Source: Psychroflexus sp. (GTDB lineage: Bacteria; Bacteroidota; Bacteroidia; Flavobacteriales; Flavobacteriaceae). From it: 64,000 bases of DNA. The notes beneath the pieces are model-generated. The model ran no database searches, was not told the origin of the DNA, and saw only the letters and a list, made by a program, of their open reading frames with translations. The stretch lies in NCBI GenBank assembly GCA_965662165.1, contig CBFIGU010000001.1, positions 5,254 to 69,253 on the forward strand, in the 5' to 3' direction. Made by a program: the position numbers and the translations under genes. How positions within the stretch are numbered: position 1 is the stretch's first letter; the number at the start of each line of letters is the position of its first letter. This document shows positions 10,144 through 18,368 of the stretch, piece by piece.

Positions 10144-13068
10144 TTAATCTAATTCATTTAAAGCTTCATAAATTACTTCCTGTATTCTTGTTCTAGCGTT
10201 AGAAGTAATCAACTTTTTGTTATTGGCATCAGGAAATGTTCGGTTAGATAAAAAAACATAAATTATATCTTCATCGGGGTCTGCCCAAGCGTAAGTTCCG
10301 GTAAAACCAGAATGGCCAAAACTATTCATAGAAAGACATCCACAGGTAGGACCAACTTCATCTAATTGGGGTTTATCGAAAATTAAACCACGTCTCACTT
10401 CATCTTCACAATAATAACATGTATTAAATTTATCGATAGTTTGTGGTAATAAATATTGCTTACCAGCATAATTTCCACCAGCATTATACATAAGCATCAT
10501 CTTGGCTACATCTTCTGCATTACCAAATAAACCGGCATGGCCACCAACTCCACCTAGCATGGCAGCACCTTGATCATGCACCGTTCCTTGAACAACTTGC
10601 TTTCTCCAAATTTCATCATTTTCAGAAGGAGTAATTTGGTTAAGATTAAAATAATTTAAAGGAAAATACCTTAGGTGATCTAGCTGCATATTTTCATAAA
10701 AAAAGTTTTCAGCTAATTCATTAATTGGAGCATTATAAACTTTCTCAAGATATGGTTTAATGATATAAAAAGGTAAATCACTGTATTTGTACTCTACTTG
10801 AGTTAGCAATTCTGATTCTTTAATTTGTTTAAAAATACTATCTCTGTAATCAGTTCTTAAGAAAAGTTGAGATGCAACTGGAATAGAAAATTCAGCAGAA
10901 TATGTTGTTTTGTAATACGAATCAAAGTTTTCTAAGGTGTTTTGATAAAAAGGAATCCATGCTTGTAAACCAGCGTAATGAGAGAACATTCTTTTTAAAG
11001 AAAGATCTGCTTTATTGGTGTTTTTATATTCATCTAAAATTTCGCTGATTTTAGTTTTTTCCACATCCAAAAGGGCCTGTTCTTGCGCAAGCATTAAAAT
11101 GGGTAAAGTACCAAGTATTTTGGTTAAAGAAGCTAAGTCGTAAATACTATTATCTTCTACTTTTATTTCCTTATCATAGGTATGATAACCAAAATTCTTT
11201 TGGTAAACAATTTGATTATTCTTAGCAACTAGTATTTGAAAACCAGGTGCCATTTCTTCATCTAAAATCTCTTTAGCAATACTGTCTATTTTTGAAAACT
11301 TATGGTAATTAAAACCAAGGTTTATAGGATTTGCATAACCAAAACGAGTAACTGGTTTTGTTTGTAATCCTGTTCCTTCTGGAAAAGTATTCCGTATGCT
11401 TACGGGTAGCTTCCCCAGTGCTGGTTTTGCTCCAAATAAGATTTGTGCAGCTATTTTTTGTGCACTCTCAGTATTTTGATAAGCTTGAAGAATTACTTCA
11501 ATATTAACATAGCTATTTAAATCTGATAAAGCATAAGGACTTGCAAAATTGACTAGAAAAGTAGTAGTTTTTTTACTGATGAAGTCTATTATTTTTTTGT
11601 CTTCATTAGATAATGAGTAAGAAATCCATGGATTAGCAGTTGAAACATGATAGCCAATAATGATCTTATCGTATGTATTTAATTTTGTCTGATTTGAAAC
11701 GTCTTCAATGGAAAGTAAGTCAACAGATTTATATTTAGTAAGCATTTTATAGAATTGTTCTCCACTTGTAGTTCCTAATTCTACATAAGCTATATTTTCT
11801 TTTTGACTATTTAGAATAGGAACAATGCCCATATCATTTTTCACTAAAGTTAGTGCATTTTCAAAAGCTAATTCTTCAGCTGCCTTACTTTCAATATCGT
11901 TTAAATCGCTAATTAAATTCTGCTGATCTACTAATTTGGTATGGTGTAAACCTGCCAAATATTTAGCCATGAGAATTTTCTTTACAGATCGAGCTAAACG
12001 CTTTTCATTAAAAACTTTATCAACATAAGCAGCATGAATTTCTTCAATAGCTTGTGGAATATCTTCAGAAATAAGCAAAATATCGTTACCCGCTAAAAAC
12101 GCGTCTAAATCTACTTTTCCAGGTTTGCTATATTGGCTCACCCCTTTCATGTTTAGTGCATCAGTGATGACTAAACCTTTAAAATTCAATTCATCTTGAA
12201 GCAATTCAGAAACCACTTTTTGAGATAAAGTGGTAGGCAATCCTGATTCTGAAACCAGAGAAGGTATGTTAAGATGAGCAACCATTACACTATGTACGCC
12301 AGCTTCAAATAATTTTTGAAAAGGATATAATTCAATATTTCGAATTCGTTCTTCATTAAAATTAATGCTCGGAAGTGTTTTATGTGAATCTTGTGAAGTA
12401 TCTCCATGACCTGGAAAATGTTTTGCATTACTCAACACTCCTGCATCTTTCATTCCTTCCATAAAAGCAATTGCATTTGTAGCTACGCGATCTTTATTTT
12501 CTCCAAAAGACCGATTTCCTATAATGGGATTTTTAGGATTGGTATTTAAATCGGCTACCGGTGCAAAATTAATATGAACACCAAGTCTTTTATTGTGTTT
12601 ACCAATTTGGTAACCCACTTTTTTTATTACATCTGGATTTTGAATGGCTCCTAAAGTCATGTTCCATGGAAAGGCAAAAGTCGAATCTAATCTCATAGAT
12701 AAGCCCCACTCTGCATCCATACCTATTAACAATGGCACTTTAGATGCTTTTTGAAATGAATTATTTAATGCGGCTTGTCGTACAGGACCGCCTTTAGAAA
12801 ATATGACTCCACCAATACCATAATTCTCTATTAAAAACTTTGCTTTATTAGTGTGTCGATCATCTTTAGAAGAAAAAACATCTACCATAAATAACTGCGC
12901 AATTTTCTCTTTCGTACTTAATGAATTATATACTGAGTCTACCCACTTTTCTTGCTTTGCTTTGTCCTTTGCAAGTAAAGGATTAATTTGAGCCGAAAGA
13001 TGAAAAATGGAAAAAAGAGAAAAAATAAGAAAAAAACAGTGTGTTTTTTGATGCATCATTATATTCAT
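10144..13068 (-). CDS. secreted GH3 beta-N-acetylglucosaminidase fused to a beta-lactamase-like serine hydrolase
   Basis: Signal peptide ending LSA-Q; NagZ motif KHFPGHGDTSQDSH; C-terminal LASLTK (SxxK), YSD, GHSGFTG. Confidence 0.9.
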   Translation of the reverse strand: MNIMMHQKTHCFFLIFSLFSIFHLSAQINPLLAKDKAKQEKWVDSVYNSLSTKEKIAQLFMVDVFSSKDDRHTNKAKFLIENYGIGGVIFSKGGPVRQAALNNSFQKASKVPLLIGMDAEWGLSMRLDSTFAFPWNMTLGAIQNPDVIKKVGYQIGKHNKRLGVHINFAPVADLNTNPKNPIIGNRSFGENKDRVATNAIAFMEGMKDAGVLSNAKHFPGHGDTSQDSHKTLPSINFNEERIRNIELYPFQKLFEAGVHSVMVAHLNIPSLVSESGLPTTLSQKVVSELLQDELNFKGLVITDALNMKGVSQYSKPGKVDLDAFLAGNDILLISEDIPQAIEEIHAAYVDKVFNEKRLARSVKKILMAKYLAGLHHTKLVDQQNLISDLNDIESKAAEELAFENALTLVKNDMGIVPILNSQKENIAYVELGTTSGEQFYKMLTKYKSVDLLSIEDVSNQTKLNTYDKIIIGYHVSTANPWISYSLSNEDKKIIDFISKKTTTFLVNFASPYALSDLNSYVNIEVILQAYQNTESAQKIAAQILFGAKPALGKLPVSIRNTFPEGTGLQTKPVTRFGYANPINLGFNYHKFSKIDSIAKEILDEEMAPGFQILVAKNNQIVYQKNFGYHTYDKEIKVEDNSIYDLASLTKILGTLPILMLAQEQALLDVEKTKISEILDEYKNTNKADLSLKRMFSHYAGLQAWIPFYQNTLENFDSYYKTTYSAEFSIPVASQLFLRTDYRDSIFKQIKESELLTQVEYKYSDLPFYIIKPYLEKVYNAPINELAENFFYENMQLDHLRYFPLNYFNLNQITPSENDEIWRKQVVQGTVHDQGAAMLGGVGGHAGLFGNAEDVAKMMLMYNAGGNYAGKQYLLPQTIDKFNTCYYCEDEVRRGLIFDKPQLDEVGPTCGCLSMNSFGHSGFTGTYAWADPDEDIIYVFLSNRTFPDANNKKLITSNARTRIQEVIYEALNELD

Positions 13069-13550
13069 TAAAGAAATCGCTTATGCCAAGATTCAGTCAT
13101 GGGAACTTCCCAAAATTCTTTAAATTCTTGTTTAGTATTTACTAAGTTATTAAAAACTATTGTTTTGGGAGATACCGCTTTGTTCTTTACCATTTTTTTG
13201 AATTCCTTAAGGTCTTTGTAGGCTACAAATTTGCCTTGCTTAAAACTTACATTCATTCTATCTAGCAAATCTACTTCGTAAGTTTTCTCAAGACTTTGAA
13301 TAAAGTGAACTGATGCATCTATAGAACATCCTGAAGCTGATGAAGCACTTTGATCTAAACCAATAATAATAAAACGATTATATGGCATAGTAAATCCTGC
13401 TTTTAGTTGAGAGCCATGAGCGGTCCACTCTTCTAAAAATGCAGAAATTCTAACTCTAATTTCATCTACTTCATCTTCTGTAAATGTGCGATTACATTGG
13501 TAAATCCAGATGCGTGCTTCACCCGGAAGGCTTTCAAAATCTACTAACAT
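13068..13550 (-). CDS. conserved Bacteroidota hypothetical protein (often mislabelled ABC transporter ATPase)
   Basis: RIWIYQ, WTAHG, SGCSIDAS motifs; no Walker A/B; TAATG overlap with the GH3 gene. Confidence 0.75.
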   Translation of the reverse strand: MLVDFESLPGEARIWIYQCNRTFTEDEVDEIRVRISAFLEEWTAHGSQLKAGFTMPYNRFIIIGLDQSASSASGCSIDASVHFIQSLEKTYEVDLLDRMNVSFKQGKFVAYKDLKEFKKMVKNKAVSPKTIVFNNLVNTKQEFKEFWEVPMTESWHKRFL

Positions 13551-13553
13551 ATA

Positions 13554-14345
13554 TTATAAATCTTCAGCATTGGCAATCATTTCGGCAACATCTAAAACTT
13601 CAATATCACCTTCTCTCTCTTTATTTTTAACACCGTCTGACATCATGGTGTTGCAAAACGGACAACCTGCTGCTACTACTTCTGGCTTGGTTTCTAGCGC
13701 TTCTTCAGTTCGGTGAATATTTACTTCTTTATCACCTTTTTCTGCATCCTTAAACATTTGTGCTCCACCGGCGCCACAACATAAACCTCTACTTTTACAA
13801 GATTTCATTTCCACTAATTCTACTTCAAGTTTTCTGAGTAAATCTCGTGGTGCTTCATATTCATCATTTGCTCTACCTAAGTAACATGGATCGTGAAAAG
13901 TAATTCTTTTGCCTTTGTATTTACCGCCTTCTACTTTTAATCTACCTTCATTTAAAAGGGATTTTAAAAATTGCGTATGGTGCATTACTTGATAATTTCC
14001 GCCCAATTCTGGATATTCATTTTTTATGGTATTAAAACAGTGAGGACAAGTTGTTACTACTTTTTTAATTTCATAAGCATTCATAACTTCAATATTCGTC
14101 ATGGCTTGCATTTGAAATAAAAATTCATTTCCTGCTCTTTTTGCAGGATCTCCAGTACAACCTTCTTCGGTACCAAGTACTGCAAAATCTACCTTAGCCT
14201 TTGCTAATAATTTTACAAATGCTTTGGTGATTTTTTTAGCTCGATCATCAAAACTTCCTGCACAACCTACCCAAAATAATACTTCTGGTTGTTTTCCTTC
14301 GGCCATATATTGTGCCATGGTTGGCACTTTTATTTGTTCGCTCAT
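13554..14345 (-). CDS. CCG-domain Fe-S protein (HdrD/GlpC/FadF C-terminal-like)
   Basis: WVGCAG, GCTGD, TTCPHC, HDPCYL, LCCGAGG, AGCPFC: two CCG domains. Confidence 0.88.
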   Translation of the reverse strand: MSEQIKVPTMAQYMAEGKQPEVLFWVGCAGSFDDRAKKITKAFVKLLAKAKVDFAVLGTEEGCTGDPAKRAGNEFLFQMQAMTNIEVMNAYEIKKVVTTCPHCFNTIKNEYPELGGNYQVMHHTQFLKSLLNEGRLKVEGGKYKGKRITFHDPCYLGRANDEYEAPRDLLRKLEVELVEMKSCKSRGLCCGAGGAQMFKDAEKGDKEVNIHRTEEALETKPEVVAAGCPFCNTMMSDGVKNKEREGDIEVLDVAEMIANAEDL

Positions 14346-14356
14346 AAAGCTATATT

Positions 14357-14779
14357 TTAATCTTTAAATACTTCAATCGTTACATTTTTTTCAACTAAAT
14401 GTGTAAACTTTCCTTTGTATCGTGTGGCTTTTACTAAATGATTATCAATCCAATGATAATTTCCACCTCTAGGTTTCCCCATGAGTAAGGAATGATACTT
14501 AAATCCATTTTCTTTCAGCCATTTTTCTGTAACTTCTCTATGTTCTTCAGTTCTTGATGTAAAAAAACAGATTCGATGACCGTGATCATACCAATCGTTC
14601 ACCGTAGCTAAAGCGTCTGGAAAAGCTTTACACGTAGCCATTCTTTCTGGTTCTTCATTTGGAACATCTTCAGTAATGGTACCGTCTATATCTATTAAAT
14701 AATTCTTTACGTTATCAGGTAATACAGGACTTATATGTTCGTCTCCTGCTTTAGCTTCTTTTAGCAAATCATCTTTCAT
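14357..14779 (-). CDS. small HAD-superfamily phosphatase-like protein
   Basis: LIDIDGT motif I, FFTSR motif II, GKP..G.Y..IDN. Confidence 0.8.
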   Translation of the reverse strand: MKDDLLKEAKAGDEHISPVLPDNVKNYLIDIDGTITEDVPNEEPERMATCKAFPDALATVNDWYDHGHRICFFTSRTEEHREVTEKWLKENGFKYHSLLMGKPRGGNYHWIDNHLVKATRYKGKFTHLVEKNVTIEVFKD

Positions 14780-14792
14780 ACTGTTGTTTTAT

Positions 14793-16124
14793 TTATACAC
14801 CTTCTTCAGCCCATTTTAATCGGTCTTGTTGGTTGTATGGCCATGGTGCTGCATTATTTTCTATATTACTCATTGCGTTATTTAATTCGGATGGAGCTGC
14901 GCTTTGTTCCATTACTAAATATTGTCGCATATCCATTATAATAGATAAAGGATCTATTCCAATTGGGCAAGCTTCTACACAAGCGTTACAAGTTGTACAT
15001 GCCCAGAGTTCTTCTCTGGAAACATAATCATCTAGTAATTGCTTTCCATCATCTTTAAACTCACCATTTTTATTGATGTTTTCTCCAACTTCTTCCAGGC
15101 GATCGCGCGTATCCATCATGATTTTTCTTGGCGAAAGTTTTTTCCCAGTCTGATTAGCGGGACATTCTGATGTACACCTACCACATTCTGTACAAGTATA
15201 GGAGCTAAGCAACTGAAACCAATTTAAATCGGTTACATCTGAAGCTCCAAACTTTTCTGGAACTTCTTCTTCTCCATCAGCTTCTGGCTCTGCAAAAGGA
15301 TCTGCATTAGGGTCCATCATTAACTTAACTTCGTTAGTTACTGATGCTAAATTTTTAAATTTTCCTTTTTGTTCTAAGTTAGAATAATAGACATTTGGAA
15401 ATGCTAATAAAATATGTAAGTGTTTTGAATAGTATAGATAATTCAAGAAAATTAAAATTCCTAAAATGTGAGCCCACCATGTACTACGTTCTAAAATGAC
15501 TAAAGACGAATTAGACATATTTTCAATTAAAGGCAAAATAAATTGACTAATAGGATAAGCTCCCGCTTCAACATAACCTTCGTAACCATTAATTTGAAGT
15601 TGATGGTCAGCAGCGTTCATCGTTAAGAACAAAAGCATCAATACTACTTCAAAATATAAAATATAATTTGCATCATTTTTGGGCCATCCTTTCAATTCTT
15701 TTGATAGAAAACGCTTGATGTTCATTAGGTTTCTTCTTATCCAGAACACAATTACAGAAAAAAGCACTAAGAAGGCTAAAATTTCAAAACTACCTATTAA
15801 GGAATTATAAACAGGGCCTAAAAAAGAAAAAATTCGATGTGTACCTGCAAGTCCATCGATTATAATCTCTAAAACTTCGATATTAATAATCACAAACCCT
15901 ACGTAAACAATTACGTGAAGAATACCTGCAATAGGTCTTTTAACCATTTTAGATTGACCTAAAGCTACGCGCATCATCTTTTGAAAACGCTCATTTTTTT
16001 TGTCTTTTCTATCTACTTCTTTTCCTAATAAAATATTACGTCTTAGCTTCTTTACATTTTTAGTAAAAAATACGACAGCAGCCGTGAAGGCAATTAAAAA
16101 AAGTATTTGAGGTAAAAATTCCAT
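14793..16124 (-). CDS. membrane Fe-S oxidoreductase (HdrE/NarI-like TM region plus 2x[4Fe-4S]; FadF N-terminal-like)
   Basis: Several TM helices with His residues, then CTECGRCTSECP and CTTCNACVEACP. Confidence 0.88.
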   Translation of the reverse strand: MEFLPQILFLIAFTAAVVFFTKNVKKLRRNILLGKEVDRKDKKNERFQKMMRVALGQSKMVKRPIAGILHVIVYVGFVIINIEVLEIIIDGLAGTHRIFSFLGPVYNSLIGSFEILAFLVLFSVIVFWIRRNLMNIKRFLSKELKGWPKNDANYILYFEVVLMLLFLTMNAADHQLQINGYEGYVEAGAYPISQFILPLIENMSNSSLVILERSTWWAHILGILIFLNYLYYSKHLHILLAFPNVYYSNLEQKGKFKNLASVTNEVKLMMDPNADPFAEPEADGEEEVPEKFGASDVTDLNWFQLLSSYTCTECGRCTSECPANQTGKKLSPRKIMMDTRDRLEEVGENINKNGEFKDDGKQLLDDYVSREELWACTTCNACVEACPIGIDPLSIIMDMRQYLVMEQSAAPSELNNAMSNIENNAAPWPYNQQDRLKWAEEGV

Positions 16125-16129
16125 ATCTG

Positions 16130-17086
16130 TTAATTTTCTTCTTCAGGTTTTGAGTAAGGTTTATTCTTCTTTCCAAAAACGGAAAAATGCACATATCGCT
16201 TAGGGTTAAGCTTCATATCTTGTAACAATTCTTCAAGTTGTTTGGTTGAAGCTTCTAAGTTATCATAAAGATTTTCATCTTTAAGCAACTTACCTAAATT
16301 GCCTTCACCATTTTCAAGTCCTTCTGCAATATTGTTTAAATTATCTAAGGTTTTTGAAAGATTAGCAATGCTTTCATTGATATTGGCATTGGCTAAAGTA
16401 TCTGAGATGCTCACTAATTTCTCTGATGCTTTATTAAAATTGGCTAAGGTTTCAGAGAAACTGGCTTTGTTGTCTTTGAGCAAAGCATTTGCTTCTTCTG
16501 AAGTATTCTTAAAAGAAACTAAGGCTTCATCTAGATGCAAAACAGATTTTTTAAGTGATGATCTAGTTTCAGCATCAAACACCTTATTAATTGAAGTTAA
16601 CATGGTATCTACATCTACCAATGCATTTTCTAATTTTTGTTGTAAAGGGGTTAATTTTTCATTAACCAGCTCCATTAAACCTTCATCAACTTGTCCTGGA
16701 AGCGTATCGCCAGAAACAGCTACTTCACTTATGGAATAATCTGGAACAATCGCCATAGATTTACCCCCAATAAAATCTCCACCATAAATCTTAGCAATCG
16801 AATTTTTCGAAAATTCAAAATTATTATTCACGGTTAAAGTGACTAATATTTTACCGCTATCGTTTAGGAATCGAATATTAGAAACCGTTCCAATTCGCAA
16901 TCCATTAATAGTAATTTCTGAAGACTTGCTTAAACCTTCAACATCATCGTAAACTACGTAGAACGTTCGGGTTTGTTCAAATAGATTCTCTCCTTTTAAA
17001 TAGTTGTAACCAAATATAACAAGCACTACAGCTGTAATGCCTAAAAGTCCAACTTTAAATTCATTTGTAATTTTCAAAATACTCAA
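16130..17086 (-). CDS. mlaD: MlaD/MCE family protein
   Basis: N-terminal TM, VEGLSKSSEITINGLRIGTV MCE domain, helical tail ending LLQDMKLNPKRYVHFSVFG. TTG start at 17086 or 17077. Confidence 0.88.
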   Translation of the reverse strand: MSILKITNEFKVGLLGITAVVLVIFGYNYLKGENLFEQTRTFYVVYDDVEGLSKSSEITINGLRIGTVSNIRFLNDSGKILVTLTVNNNFEFSKNSIAKIYGGDFIGGKSMAIVPDYSISEVAVSGDTLPGQVDEGLMELVNEKLTPLQQKLENALVDVDTMLTSINKVFDAETRSSLKKSVLHLDEALVSFKNTSEEANALLKDNKASFSETLANFNKASEKLVSISDTLANANINESIANLSKTLDNLNNIAEGLENGEGNLGKLLKDENLYDNLEASTKQLEELLQDMKLNPKRYVHFSVFGKKNKPYSKPEEEN

Positions 17087-17117
17087 TTTATTGATGCCGC
17101 TAAGTTAGGAATCTTAT

Positions 17118-18245
17118 TTAGTTCATTTTTGCTTTTAAAGCTTTACTTAACGAAATTTTTTCGTTCAATTGATTATCGTAAGCTACGATAAATGCAGATG
17201 TAAATCCTTTTTTCTTTACGAAATCTAAATTACTTTCTGCTTCAAGGTAATCTAAAGTCGATTTATAGTAATATCGATAAAAACGACCATCATACTCTCG
17301 GGTTAAATTTTCAAGTCCTTTAAAGTTTTGTGGGCTTGGCTCTAATTTAGTTGAACCTGCAGCTACTTGTACTTTAAAAACAATTCCATCTTCTACAACT
17401 TCTTCTTTGATCTCTTCTTCTTGCTGTTGTCTAATTTTATTAGCTTCTTCCGCTATATCAGTTATATTTATGATATCTTTATAATAAACTATTGCATCTA
17501 CAATCTGCTGAGCCATGGCATTTTGTCCTTTTTCTGTACGCAAATAGTCCGCATCTACTTTATTAGTTATAAAACCAAGCTCCACAAGTATACTCGGCAT
17601 ATAAGTTTCACGTAGCACTAAAAAATTGTCTTGCTTTACCCCTCTGTCTTTTTGCTTCAACTTTTTAATTACATTTTCTTGAACGTAATTGGCTAAAAGA
17701 ATACTTTGGTCTAAATATTCTTCTTGCATGATGGTATAGGTAAGTATAGATTCTGGCGAATTAGAATTGTAATTACTGTATTTTACTTCGTAATCTTCTT
17801 CAAGGTAAATTACAGAATTCTCTCGCATTGCCGTATTTAAATTGTCTTTTGTTCTAGCAATACCAAAAACAAAAGTTTCAAAACCGCGCGGACTAGAACT
17901 GCTCACACCGTTACAATGTATAGATATAAATAAATCGGCCTTATTTTTATTAGCAATATCAGCTCTTCTTTTTAAACCGATAAAAACATCTGTAGATCGC
18001 GTATAGATTACTTCTACATCTTCTCTTTTTTCTAATAATTTGCCTACTTTTAAAGTTGTAGCTAAAGCAACATCTTTTTCTTGTAAACGATTACCAATAG
18101 TTCCTGGGTCTTTCCCGCCGTGTCCTGCATCTAACACCACTTTAATTTTATTAGAATATTCTTGGGCATAGATAGTATTCTCAGCTAGGCTAAAACACAA
18201 GAAAACAAGCAGTAAAACGCTAAATTTTCTAGTTTGAAAATTCAT
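17118..18245 (-). CDS. N-acetylmuramoyl-L-alanine amidase (Amidase_3)
   Basis: Signal peptide ending IYA-Q; VVLDAGHGGKDPG, EKDVAL, FISIHCN, SILVELGF; C-terminal FKVQVAA domain. Confidence 0.92.
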   Translation of the reverse strand: MNFQTRKFSVLLLVFLCFSLAENTIYAQEYSNKIKVVLDAGHGGKDPGTIGNRLQEKDVALATTLKVGKLLEKREDVEVIYTRSTDVFIGLKRRADIANKNKADLFISIHCNGVSSSSPRGFETFVFGIARTKDNLNTAMRENSVIYLEEDYEVKYSNYNSNSPESILTYTIMQEEYLDQSILLANYVQENVIKKLKQKDRGVKQDNFLVLRETYMPSILVELGFITNKVDADYLRTEKGQNAMAQQIVDAIVYYKDIINITDIAEEANKIRQQQEEEIKEEVVEDGIVFKVQVAAGSTKLEPSPQNFKGLENLTREYDGRFYRYYYKSTLDYLEAESNLDFVKKKGFTSAFIVAYDNQLNEKISLSKALKAKMN

Positions 18246-18315
18246 ATGTTTTAAGGTAGTTTGAATCGGGAACGATATAATTTGCATTTTTAGTTTAGAC
18301 ATATAAAATTATATG

Positions 18316-18323
18316 TAATTTTG
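18316..18323 (+). promoter_or_regulatory. -7 element (TAATTTTG) for lptD
   Basis: Exact TAnnTTTG 45 nt upstream of TTG 18369. Confidence 0.5.
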
Positions 18324-18348
18324 AAAATTCAATTTTGAACTTTTAATT

Positions 18349-18356
18349 CAAAAATA
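18349..18356 (-). promoter_or_regulatory. -7 element (TATTTTTG) for the amidase operon
   Basis: Exact TAnnTTTG on the minus strand upstream of the amidase start. Confidence 0.45.
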
Positions 18357-18368
18357 GCACTATTCATC

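Noticed and set aside
10144-11300. Beta-lactamase-like domain as an antibiotic resistance gene
   Set aside because: It is fused to GH3 in a housekeeping operon; the SxxK fold is shared by many amidases and esterases.
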